Positions 9,869-20,500 of a stretch of DNA of 64,000 nucleotides are shown in pieces. The stretch comes from a virus. Positions within the stretch are counted from its first letter, which is position 1. Each line of letters opens with the position of its first letter. Made by a program: the position numbers and the translations under genes. The notes beneath the pieces were generated by a model. The model saw only the letters and a list, made by a program, of their open reading frames with translations. It searched no databases and was not told where the DNA came from. Where the stretch lies: IMG/VR virus record IMGVR_UViG_3300049846_001316, positions 14,170-78,169 of that record; one strand, given 5' to 3'.

Positions 9869-10966
9869 ATGACCGCTCTGTCGCAGGACCGCCTGGTCCG
9901 CAAGGAAGTGGCCCTCGGCACGATCCGGGAGTTCGAGCTTCCGCAGAGCCACATCGGCCTGCGCGAGTTCGCGCCCTTCATGGACGTGCAGTCGGACGAC
10001 GTGATCTTCGAGTACATGCTCGGGCTCACGGACGGTCTGGCGCCCGCTCGGGCGGAGGACGCCGAGGCCGAGATGGCCCGCAAGGACGAGACGATGGGTG
10101 AGGGTCGCGCCTCGATCATCGACTGGTCCGTCAAGGACCACTACACGACCTCGGACGTGACCCGGTATCGGGAGTCGATCTACCTCAACGGGCAGCTCGG
10201 CAACTCGCTCCCGCTGTCGGTCACGAGCATCAAGGACGGGTTCGAGCAGGTGCTCGCTCGCGACACCCTCCTGCGGCGCCGCAAGCTCGACAACCGGCTC
10301 GAGTGGCTCATCCAGCAGGCGCTCTGGACCGGCGCGGTGTCGTACAACGACGGGAAGATCAAGTTCTCCGTCGACTACGGCCGGCCCTCGGCCCAGCAGA
10401 ACGCGTCGGTGACGACTCCGTTCGACGACACGGGCAGCGACCCGATCCAGGAGATGCTCGACGTACAGGAGTACATGTACGACGAGAAGTCCGTCACCAT
10501 CACGCGGGCCGTCTGCTCCCGCAAGGTGTTCCGGAACCTGATGAAGTCGAGCAAGTTCGCCAACGACCTCATCGGCTCCAACCCGCTCTACACCGTGGGC
10601 GGTTGGGGACCGGAGAAGGCGGCGATGATCGTCTCCGAGGTCACCGGCATCCAGTTCGAGATCTACGACTCGGTGTACCGCACGCGGGCGCTCGGGTCGG
10701 AGACGGTCACGAACACCCGGTTCTCGCCGGAGGACAAGATCCTGTTCCTGCCGTCGCAGTCGGACATCGACGCCATCGACGACATGATCGGGTTCGGCAA
10801 GACCCTGACCTCGCCGCACGTCGCCGGTGGCTGGACCCCCGGCTACTACGAGTGGGAGAAGGACCTCGGCCAGGACCCGTGGGGCTACGACGTCGGCAAC
10901 GGCATCAAGGCGTTCCCGATCTTCCCGCACCTCGACCTCACGTACGTCCTCAAGGTGCTCGCCTAG
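9869..10966 (+). CDS. Major capsid protein (lambda gpE-like family)
   Basis: 365 aa; RLEWLIQQALWTG, VDYG, DPI.., C-terminal DP..AFP; strong codon bias and SD. Confidence 0.85.
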   Translation: MTALSQDRLVRKEVALGTIREFELPQSHIGLREFAPFMDVQSDDVIFEYMLGLTDGLAPARAEDAEAEMARKDETMGEGRASIIDWSVKDHYTTSDVTRYRESIYLNGQLGNSLPLSVTSIKDGFEQVLARDTLLRRRKLDNRLEWLIQQALWTGAVSYNDGKIKFSVDYGRPSAQQNASVTTPFDDTGSDPIQEMLDVQEYMYDEKSVTITRAVCSRKVFRNLMKSSKFANDLIGSNPLYTVGGWGPEKAAMIVSEVTGIQFEIYDSVYRTRALGSETVTNTRFSPEDKILFLPSQSDIDAIDDMIGFGKTLTSPHVAGGWTPGYYEWEKDLGQDPWGYDVGNGIKAFPIFPHLDLTYVLKVLA

Positions 10967-10989
10967 GCCGCGAGCAACGACCCGTGGAA

Positions 10990-11021
10990 GAGGGGCGGTG
11001 GGCGTGCGCCTGCCGCCCCTC
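10990..11021 (+). terminator. Stem-loop after the capsid gene
   Basis: GAGGGGCGGTGGGCG/CGCCTGCCGCCCCTC inverted repeat. Confidence 0.6.
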
Positions 11022-11037
11022 TGCGCGCTAGGAGTGG

Positions 11038-11517
11038 ATGATGTCGGTGACGGTGTACTCGGAGGTCGAGGATCTGATGATCGCTGACCTCATGGTGCCC
11101 GATCCCGACATCAAGTTCCGCTACCTGATCAGCGCCGCACGGGAGATCAACGCCGTGGTTGGCGCCACCTACGTGGTGCCCCTCAACCTCGACGAGCTCG
11201 AGCCCAACTCGCTCGCGCTGATTCAGCTCCTCAGTACGAAGATCGCCTCGGCCCGACTCCTCATGTCGCTGGCCATCCCCGGCGAGGACAACCGGCCCAA
11301 CGCGTACGCCCGGTACCTGCTCCGCGAAGCCCAGGACCAACTCGAGCTGATCCAACTGAAGAAGATCCCGTTGGAGGGCGCGACCCTCCGGGACGACAAG
11401 ATCACGTACACCGGCCCCGGCGTGATCAACCGCGACGAGGAGTCCCCGCTTGAGGCGTTCGAGAACGCCTTCATGCGTGGCGGCACCCCGTGGACGTGGG
11501 CACCGGGGCCGCTCTGA
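11038..11517 (+). CDS. Head-tail adaptor (Mu gp36-like)
   Basis: Synteny; A.REIN..VG..YVVPL motif. Confidence 0.65.
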   Translation: MMSVTVYSEVEDLMIADLMVPDPDIKFRYLISAAREINAVVGATYVVPLNLDELEPNSLALIQLLSTKIASARLLMSLAIPGEDNRPNAYARYLLREAQDQLELIQLKKIPLEGATLRDDKITYTGPGVINRDEESPLEAFENAFMRGGTPWTWAPGPL

Positions 11518-12041
11518 TGGTCAGCGTCGAGATCAACGTCACGGGTTGGGAGCAGACGGAGGCATCACTCGAACGGGTGATGCTCGCCCTGAGTCCTCCG
11601 AGCCTCGCCGGGATGCTTGCCGGCCCGGTGGCCGAGTGGCACAACAAGAAGGTCGAGCAGCGGTTCGCTTCCGAGTCGGACCCCGCCGGGCGCGGCTGGA
11701 CCCCACTGGCCTGGAACACCCAGGAGTACCGCGAGAAGTCGGGTTACGGTCGGGAGCACCCCATCCTGATCAACACCGGATCGCTCTTCAACTGGCTCTC
11801 GTCCGGTGGCGATGTCGACACGCTCGGCGGAAGCGGCGCGCAGATCTCCTGGCCTCGCAACGGTGCGAGCGCCGAGGACATCGTGAAGTACGTGACGAAC
11901 CAGCGGGGGACCAAGAGCAACAACTTCGGATGGCCAGTGCCAGCCCGCCCGATGCTCGGGTTCGTTCCCGGCGACGTGCTTGAGGTCGCCGCACTCGTCC
12001 TCGAATGGTTCGAGTTCCAGTCAGGGCTGATCAATGGCTGA
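11517..12041 (+). CDS. Virion morphogenesis / tail completion protein (Mu gpG-like)
   Basis: RF..E.DP.G..W.PL, IL.NTG.L, VPARPMLG; TGATG overlap. Confidence 0.75.
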   Translation: MVSVEINVTGWEQTEASLERVMLALSPPSLAGMLAGPVAEWHNKKVEQRFASESDPAGRGWTPLAWNTQEYREKSGYGREHPILINTGSLFNWLSSGGDVDTLGGSGAQISWPRNGASAEDIVKYVTNQRGTKSNNFGWPVPARPMLGFVPGDVLEVAALVLEWFEFQSGLING

Positions 12042-12522
12042 CAGCTTCTTCCCCGCGAACGTGTGCGACCTCATCGTGGCCCAAGTCCCGACTTGGACCG
12101 CCTACCCTCTGGCCGACACCGGGTCACTCGCTGACCGGGTGATCGACCGCCCACTCCAGCCCAACGATGCGGACGGCGCCGTGGGCGTCTACGCCGGCGA
12201 GTGGACCCCCTCCGAGTACGAAATCGGAGGGTCCGAGCCCACCATGCAGCGGTACACGCTGCTCGTGGAGAACATGACGAAGGGGGCGAACACCCCGGAA
12301 GTTCGGGCAGTTCATTCCCGGAGGGCCAAGATCCTTCGGGCAATGCTGTACCGCGACGGAGATCTTCGTGTAGCTTTGGGCGAACTTGCAGAGGAGCTCG
12401 GTGGGGTCACCGAACGATTCGGCAGGTTCGGCGTGACAAGGCAACGGTTCTTCACGAGGGAAGTGTCGGGCACGTTCCTTCACCTAGCCCAGGCGGAAGT
12501 CTGGGTCGAAACCAACTCATAG
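12034..12522 (+). CDS. Putative tail terminator
   Basis: Synteny just before the tail tube; size. Confidence 0.5.
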   Translation: MADSFFPANVCDLIVAQVPTWTAYPLADTGSLADRVIDRPLQPNDADGAVGVYAGEWTPSEYEIGGSEPTMQRYTLLVENMTKGANTPEVRAVHSRRAKILRAMLYRDGDLRVALGELAEELGGVTERFGRFGVTRQRFFTREVSGTFLHLAQAEVWVETNS

Positions 12523-12534
12523 GAGCAGCGCAAG

Positions 12535-13545
12535 ATGGGATTCCAGAGTCAGGCCGGTCACGTCGGCATGAAGACCCAGGCCGCGAAGGGCACGTTCGAG
12601 GACGTGATCAACGGCCTGTTCTTCCGCACGAAGTCCGGCGCCATGGGTGGCTCCCGCGAGCTGCTCATCCCCGACCCGGAGATCGGCGGCGGTCGTGACG
12701 TGCCGGACGCGTACCTCGGTCCGATCGCCTTCAAGGGGTCGTACGACTTCTACGCCCGCATGGAGATGCTGTCGCTGCTCCTGTGGGGCGCCCTCGGCGT
12801 CAAGCAGGCGGCGACCTCGGGCGGGGTCACCACCCACACGATCACTCCGACCGACACGAGCCTCCCGTGGTTCTCGGTCGAGGAGCGCATCGGTGACGGC
12901 TACGAGGCGTTCAAGTACACCGACACGAAGGTGTCGAGCTTCCACCTGGAGGCGGAGGCCAACGGCTACCTGATGGGCACGGTCGAGCTCATCGCTCTCC
13001 AGCAGGAGTCGGTGGGCGCGAGCTTCACGCAGCTCGGTGACCGCGAGTACGACACGACCCCGATGGTCGTCGGCTCGAACATCATCGTCGAGTTCGGCGG
13101 CGTGGCGCTGCCGGCGAAGTCGTTCAGTCTCGACATCAACAACAACCTCGAGGACGACGACTTCCGCCTCGGCTCCTTCTTCCTGGGCGACCTCGTGGAG
13201 AAGCGCCGGGAGTTCACGCTCGGCGTGACCATCCGTCCGGAGGACGGCGACCTGTGGCGGCTCGCCACCTACGGTGACGCCAACGCCACCACGGCGCAGG
13301 GCACGATCGTCAAGGACGACGTGCACATCCTCTGCCAGACGTACGAGACGATCCCCGGTTCGTCTCCGGCCACCCTGTACGAACTGGACATCGCCGTCCC
13401 GACCGCTGCGATCGCGCCGTTCGAGGTCAACCCCTCGGGAGACGACGTGCTCCAGCACGACCTCGAGATCCGGTGCCTGCGTCCGGACCCGGCCATCGAC
13501 ATCGTGGAGTTCGCGGTCAAGAACGCCCTCACCGCGATCCCGTAG
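12535..13545 (+). CDS. Major tail (tube) protein
   Basis: THTITP...LP.FSVE, FSLDINNNL motifs; followed by chaperone and TMP. Confidence 0.85.
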   Translation: MGFQSQAGHVGMKTQAAKGTFEDVINGLFFRTKSGAMGGSRELLIPDPEIGGGRDVPDAYLGPIAFKGSYDFYARMEMLSLLLWGALGVKQAATSGGVTTHTITPTDTSLPWFSVEERIGDGYEAFKYTDTKVSSFHLEAEANGYLMGTVELIALQQESVGASFTQLGDREYDTTPMVVGSNIIVEFGGVALPAKSFSLDINNNLEDDDFRLGSFFLGDLVEKRREFTLGVTIRPEDGDLWRLATYGDANATTAQGTIVKDDVHILCQTYETIPGSSPATLYELDIAVPTAAIAPFEVNPSGDDVLQHDLEIRCLRPDPAIDIVEFAVKNALTAIP

Positions 13546-13553
13546 ATCAGCCC

Positions 13554-13595
13554 CTCGGGCGGCGGCGGCAACCCTGTCGGCTGCCGCCGCCCGAG
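13554..13595 (+). terminator. Stem-loop after the tail tube gene
   Basis: CTCGGGCGGCGGCGGC/GCTGCCGCCGCCCGAG. Confidence 0.6.
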
Positions 13596-13645
13596 CGTTC
13601 GTTCCACCCTGAAAAGTCAACCCAAGAGCACAGGAGGCTCACCAA

Positions 13646-14221
13646 ATGACAAGCACCGAAATCGAAGGCACCCCCGTCACCTCGGTTCCCGAGGGCGTCC
13701 CGCAGCCGGGAGTCATCCCCGGCCACACGGTCGACAACACCCCGCAGCCGGTCCAGGCCGACTACTTCGGCGTGGACGTCACCGAGAAGCACATGCTCCC
13801 GGACGGCATCTCGTACCTGCTGCTCCAGAAGCTCGACGAGGGCGCGCGCCGGCTCTACCTGAACAAGACCAACTCCGACGTCCTGCTCGAGCGCGCCAGC
13901 GGCAACGCCCGCATCAAGTCCGAGCGCGGTGAGGAGCGGCGCATCCTCTTCGAGGCCGCGATCGTCGGATGGAACCTCGCCCGCGAGGGTCGCCCGGTGC
14001 CGTTCTCGAACAACGGCCGGGGCTCGGAGCTGGGCAAGTTCCTCGATCACGCCGACCCGACCCTCATGGACGACGTGGAGAAGCACATTCGGCTCATGAA
14101 CCCGTGGCTGCTCACGGACATGACCGTCGAGGCGATCGACAAGGAGATCGCGAGTCTCGAGGAGATGCGCGCCAAGCTCGTGGAGCAGGAGGAGGGAAAC
14201 GGCTCTTCCGGCGACAAGTAA
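13646..14221 (+). CDS. Tail assembly chaperone (gpG-like)
   Basis: Between tube and TMP; IVGWNL motif; slippery site near the end. Confidence 0.8.
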   Translation: MTSTEIEGTPVTSVPEGVPQPGVIPGHTVDNTPQPVQADYFGVDVTEKHMLPDGISYLLLQKLDEGARRLYLNKTNSDVLLERASGNARIKSERGEERRILFEAAIVGWNLAREGRPVPFSNNGRGSELGKFLDHADPTLMDDVEKHIRLMNPWLLTDMTVEAIDKEIASLEEMRAKLVEQEEGNGSSGDK

Positions 14222-14493
14222 TCCAGTGGGTTCACGGGCAGGAGCCGGAGGGACCCATCACCGAGTCCCTCCGGCTCTTCGCCCTGTGCTCCAACATGAA
14301 GTGGCAACACCTGCCGTTGCCGGGCGGCTTGTACGATCAGGACCCTCAACTGCTTGAGAACTTTTCCTTCATCTTCGGCGAGATCGCCAAGAAGACGGCG
14401 GAGGAGGACGAAAAGCGGGAACGTGAAATGAAGAAGCAGCAGATGGCCTCGGGGAACACGACCCGGACCGGACGCAGATACTCAAGGACGTAG
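14194..14493 (+). CDS. Tail assembly chaperone frameshift extension (gpGT-like), -1 frameshift at G GGA AAC (14194-14200)
   Basis: Slippery heptamer in frame; the -1 frame stays open to 14493 with HLP..GGLYDQD. Confidence 0.8.
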   Translation, partial: GKRLFRRQVIQWVHGQEPEGPITESLRLFALCSNMKWQHLPLPGGLYDQDPQLLENFSFIFGEIAKKTAEEDEKREREMKKQQMASGNTTRTGRRYSRT

Positions 14494-14508
14494 AGGGGGT
14501 CGAGGCGC

Positions 14509-17500
14509 ATGAACGCAAGGATGAACGTCGTCCTGCGAGTCATGGCCTCGAACAAGCAGGAGATCGCTCAGATCGAGCAGGCTCTCCGCCGCGTCCAGAA
14601 CGTCCAGACGAGTGCCGCCCGGACGATGGCCGCAACGAGCTCCAAGCTCGGCGGCGCCGGGGCCTTCGGTGGGTTCTTCGCCGGCATCGAGCGGGGCTTC
14701 AACTCCCTGGAGAAGTTCGGCAAGAACCTCCAGTGGACTGGTCGACAGGTCGAGTTCCGGTTCACGCTCCCCCTCGTGGCTGCCGGGCTCGCCGCGACCA
14801 AGTTCGCTCTCGACAACGAGCGGGCGATGACCAACGTCCGCAAGGTCTACGGCGACCTGAACACCACCTCCGCCGAGACGGCCCGTGACATGAAGATCCT
14901 CAAGGGGATCTTTGAGTCGCTGTCGGAGATCTTCGGCGTTCAGCAGAAGGAAGTCATCGACATCGCCGCCGCCTGGGCTGCCGCCGGCGCGCAGGGTCCC
15001 GCACTCGCTCGAGCAACTCGAAACACCCTCGAGACGATGGTCCTCGGTGAGATGGACGCCACCGAAGCGACTCAGGCGCTGATCACGGTTCAGCAGCAGT
15101 ACGGGCTCTCCACCAAGGAAGTCCGTGGAGCCCTGGCTGCCCTGAACGTCGTGGAGAACGAGTCTGCGATCCGGTTGCAGGACCTCATCGAGGGCTTCGT
15201 CCGCGGTGGTGCGAGTGCCCGGTCCGCAGGCGTGGACGTCAAGCACATGGCGGGACTCCTCGCCGTCCTTGTCCCGGCCCTCGGTTCCGGCGCCACCGCC
15301 GGTAACGCCCTCAAGACGATCTTCTCCCGGCTGCTCGCTCCGACGAAGCAGAGCGCCGACGCGCTCGCGGAAATCGGCATCAACATCGACGAGGTGAGCT
15401 GGAACTCGAAGAACGGCGCGCAGCGCCTCGAGGAAGTCGCCGGCGCCTTCCAGAAGCTCACTCCGGCGCAGCGGGCGTGGGCGTCGGCGCAGATCGCCGG
15501 TCGGTTCCACGTCGCCCGCTTCGACCAGATCATGCGTGATGTGGTCAACACGCAGGGGGAGTACCAGAAGGCACTTCGGAACACCTCCGACGACACGAAG
15601 AACCTCGCGATCTACCAGCGTGAGCTCGGGATCGTCTTGTCGTCGCAGCCGAAGGCGTTCGACATCCTCAAGGTCCAGCTCCAGAACGCACTCGCCAAGA
15701 TCATGGTGCCGCTCATCCCGGCCATCCTGAACGTCGCGCACGCGTTCGTGAAGTTGGTGCAGGCGTTCACGAACCTCTCGCCACACACGCAGCAGTTGGT
15801 CATGGGCTTCCTCGCCCTGCTGGCCGTCACCGGTCCGCTGTTCGCCTACATCGGTACCACGCTGACTCTGATCGGTCGCCTCGGTGCCGGCTTCTCCTTC
15901 CTCGGTCGCATCATCTTCGTCGTTGCAGGCTGGCTGTTCGGGTTCGGCAAGACCGCCGAGACGGAGGCGGCAAAGATGGCCTCCGCCGTCACCGCCGCTG
16001 CCGGACAGATGGCCTCGGCTGCCGGTGGAGTCGGACAGACGTGGACCGTCGCGATGGGCACGGTGCAGTCCTCGATCGTGAGTGTGCTCAACCAGATCCT
16101 CGCGGCCGTTCAGGCAATGGCACTCGATCTGGAACGCATCATCGCTCAGATGAGTGCTTCGATGGTTCAGAGTACCCAAGCGGCGGGCTCGATGATCGTC
16201 GAAGACTGGGCGATGGTGGCAGCCGCGGTCACCAACATCATGGCGGGGCTTCCCGCCGAGTGGGGCACGGTCAACGCCATCATGGCGGGCCAGTCGGCCG
16301 CAGCCGCGGGCACCATGCTCGCTACGTTCTCGATGTCGGCCGCGGGCTACAAGCTCACGTTCAACATGATCCGGGCGAACCTCGAAGCACTCGCCCCCGC
16401 CGCCAAGGCCGCGTTCGCCGTCAACGCCGCAGGCGTGGTCGAGCTCGTTGCCGAGTCTGAGGCGGCGATGGCGGCGCTGCCGGTCGCGGCGAGTGCCTCG
16501 GTGGTCGAGACGCAGGCGGTCACCACCGGAGCGGTGGGTGCGATCGAAGCGTGGACCGCCGCGGTCGTCGGCCGGATCAACATGATCTTCTCCGGCATCC
16601 CGATCTTCTTCTCGATGGTGTGGAACCGGGTCCTCGCGTTCTTCGAGACGCTCATGGCGCCGTTCGCTGCCGCCGGGAGCGCGATCGGTGGCGCCATCAC
16701 GTCGGCGTTCGCCACGGCATCCGAGTTCGCCGCCCTCGTGTGGGGGCGCGTCCTCACCTTCATCGAGACGCTTGCCGGCCCCTTCGCTCGTCTTGGGCAG
16801 ATCCTTGGCGCCGCGATCACTTCGGCGTTCCAGATCGCCTCGGCGGTCGCCTCGGGCGTGTGGGGCCTGATCCTCACCGCCATCGCCGCCCTCCAGCCCG
16901 CCTTCTCCGCGGTCGGTGGTGCCCTCGGTGCAGGCATGGCGGCGGCGTTCGACGCGGCGGTCGTCGTGTTCTCCAACCCGGTCACCCTCATCGCCGCCGC
17001 CGTGGCCGCAGTCGCCGTGCTCGCGATCGTGTTCCGCAAGCAGCTCGCTCAGGCGTTCTCGTGGATTCCGGGCTTCTTCCACAACGTGTGGTCCGCACTG
17101 CCGAAGTCGGTGCAGGGTGCGATCCAGGCGGTCATCAACATTCTCGAGCGGGGCATGGAGATCGTCTACGACCTCCTCTCCTACCTGAACCCGTTCGCTC
17201 ACCACTCGCCGTCGATCGTCGAGCAGGTCATTGCCGGTGTCGACCTGATCGCTCGCAAGTACGCGAGTCTGAGCGGCATCGGCAACGACCTGCGTGGCGC
17301 CATCAGTGCGCTCAAGGAGTTCAACGACGCCGCCGCGATGCAGGGCCTCGACTCCAAGACGATCGAGCTCAAGCAGAACCGCACCACCGTCTCGGAGAAC
17401 GCTCCGCAGATGTTGCCGGACTTCGACAAGCTCGCGGCAGTCCTGCCGGGGCTGCGAGCCGATCTCGCTCGGGTCAACGCCGAGTTCCAGGCGCAGGGCT

Positions 17501-20500
17501 CCATCGTGGCCGCACTCGAACAGGATCTCGCTCGGGTCAACGCCGAGTACGAGCAGGCCAACGCAGTGCTCGGGCAACTCGAGAAGACAGCCTCCGCTGC
17601 CCGGACTGCCCTCGACGATGCCCAGGCCGCGCTCGAAGCCACCGCCAACACTCCCATCAAGGGCATGAAGGCGATGGACGACCAGATCTTCGCCGTCACC
17701 ATGCAGCAGAAGAAGCTCCGGCTCGAAATGCTGAAGATGGAGGAGGCCGGGCAGGCGATCTCCAACACGCAGGATCGACTCGCTGCGCTCAACGGCGAGC
17801 TCGAGATGCTCAACGGCAAGAAGATCGACCTCCAGATGGCGGGCGCCGGCTCGGACGTACTCGGTCCGCTCAACGACCGGATGCGCGAGCTCGAGAATCA
17901 GCGGGGCACGCTCGAGACGACCACCAACGCCTACGAGAAGCTCCAGAAGCAGCTCGATGACCTCCAGCGGCGTGCGGAGATGCTCGACCTGGAGAAGGCG
18001 CTCAAGTTCGACCCGCTCACCAAGCAGATCGAGGACTTCACCAACAAGGCGAAGGAACTGCCGTTCGAGACGATCATGGCCAACCTCCGCAAGGAGCAGG
18101 CCGAGGTCGACCGCCTCAAGAAGGTGTGGGAGGACGCGCAGAACGCCGTCGACCGGCAGCAGCAGGTGGTGGACGCACTCAAGGAGCGTCGCGACGCCGT
18201 ACAGGCGACCTACGACGCCGAGAAGGAGAAGCTCGACCAGCTCGGGGCTGCGTACGACGCCCTGGAGCAGCAGATCAACGACATCACGAGTGCGCTCTCC
18301 GGGATGGCGTCGGCGGCACAGCAGGCCGCGCAGGCGGCGAAGGAAGCAGGCGGCGGTGGCGGCGGGATGCCCGGAGGCGGCGGCTCGTTCGACATCCCCG
18401 GCGGCAAGGGAGTCAAGCTCGGCAAGGAGGGCGGCAACCTCCAGTCCATCGCGGACAAGTGGGCCAAGGAAGCGTCGAAGGCGTTCGGGGACTTCAACCC
18501 GCTCAAGGACTTGCAGCAGGGCCTCAAGGACGCGTGGCAGAGCATCGTCGACTGGTTCTCCGACGCTTGGGACTCGATCGTCGGCGTGTTCAGCGGCAAG
18601 AGCCTCAACCTCGACTGGGCCGAGATGTTCCGTCCGATCACGGACTTCCTCAAGTCCATCGGCATCGACGTGTCCGCGGTCAGCCGCACCATCGGCAGCG
18701 AACTGTCGAAGTGGGGCGACATGTTCTCGAGCCTCGGGGACACGTTCGGCAACGTGCTCTCCGACCTCAAGCCGATCTTCGACATCATCCTCGGTGCCAT
18801 CAAGTTGTTCCTGATCAACTGCCGGGTCCTGTGGGAAGCAACCTGGCCGGTGTTCAAGAACACGGTCGTCGTCGTGTGGAACCTGATCCTCGGCGTCATC
18901 CAGCACGCGCTCCAGATGATCCGTGGCGTCATCGAGGTCTTCGACGGCCTGCTCTCGGCCGACTGGCACAAGGTGTGGGACGGCATCTCCGACATCGTTG
19001 GCGGCGCGTTCAACCTCGTGGTCGACATCGTGAAGGGCACGCTCGGACTTGCCTACGGGATCATCAAGGGGATCATCGAAGGCATCATCAACGTCTTCAA
19101 GTACCTGTACGACATCCTCGTCGGGCACTCGATCATCCCGGATCTCGTCAACGCGATCATCGACTGGTTCTACAAGCTCGCTGCCCCGGTCGAGGCGGCG
19201 TGGAACCTCGTCAGCGACATCATCACCGGCGCGGTCGAGTGGTTCACGGGTGCGGTCGAGACGGGCGTCAGCGCCGTGGTCGGCTTCATGACTTCGCTGC
19301 CGGGCAAGATCATCAGCGCGCTGGCGGGCTTCGGCTCCCTGCTCCTCGGCCTCGGCAAGGATCTTCTCGACGGGCTCCTGAACGGCATTCGCAACGGATG
19401 GACGACCGTCTCCGGCTGGCTCGGCACGATCAACCAGCTCATCATGAACGCGGTCGGCAACGTGGGTGACGCACTCGTTTCGATCGGCCGCGACCTGATC
19501 CAGGGCTTCCTCAACGGCCTCAAGTCGATGTGGGGCTCCGTCAAGGACTGGGTGAGCTCGCACTTCGAGGATCTGCTCGGCACCATCGGTGACGTGCTCG
19601 GGATCGGCTCGCCGTCGAAGAAGACCTACGAGATGGGCAACTGGCTCATGGAGGGCCTGACCAACGGAGCGAACGACGGCTACCGCCGCTCGGGTCAGCG
19701 GTTCCGTGTGCTCGGCTCCGAAGTCATGAACCAGTTCAACGCAGGGATGCAGAGCGGCGCGCCGGTCGTCGACAAGACGTGGAACACCTTCGTGAACGGG
19801 ATGCAGGTTCCCGAGGGTTGGGCCAGTGTCAACTCGAAGAAGTACAAGGACGGCGTGAAGGAGATGACCGATGGCATGACGCAGGCCATGAACTCGGCCT
19901 TCCCCGAGATCAACAACCTGTTCTCAAGCATCGGTGCAGACGCCGACCTCGAGGGGCTGAAGAAGACTCTCCAGGATGCGACCACCAACGTCGGTACGTT
20001 CCAGGCGGACCTGAGTCAGATCATCACCAACGGCAACCCGATGCTCGCCCAGCAGATCGCGGCGCTCGGCCCCGAGGCCGGGGCACAGCTCGCGGCCCAA
20101 CTCGTGAGCCAGGGGCCGGACGTTCAGAAGTCGTGGGAGACGATGATCGTCACCTACAACACGGCGATCGAGAAGGCCAAGGCGGACATCCGGGCAGCCG
20201 GTCCGGCGTTCGGCTTCCTGACTTCGGCGTGGGCGACGGCGGCGAACACGCAGTTCGGCACCACGATCGACTTCGCCGGGATCACCAAGGGCGAAGTGGA
20301 CGCTGCTGCCATCGCCGTGGCGGCGAACCCGCACGTCGAGCAGGAGGCGTTCAAGAAGGGCGGCGCAGTCAAGGACGCCTACAAGAGTGCGCTCACCATG
20401 ACCGGCGTGACGCAGGAGCAGATCGCCGGCGCCCAGGCGATCATGCTGGCCGACTCCACTCTGCCTGAGGGTGCGCGCACGCTGTCCGGGAGTGCGGCCG

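Noticed and set aside
14482-19563. 1693-aa minus-strand ORF
   Set aside because: Antisense shadow of the tape measure gene caused by high-GC codon bias; no motifs or RBS
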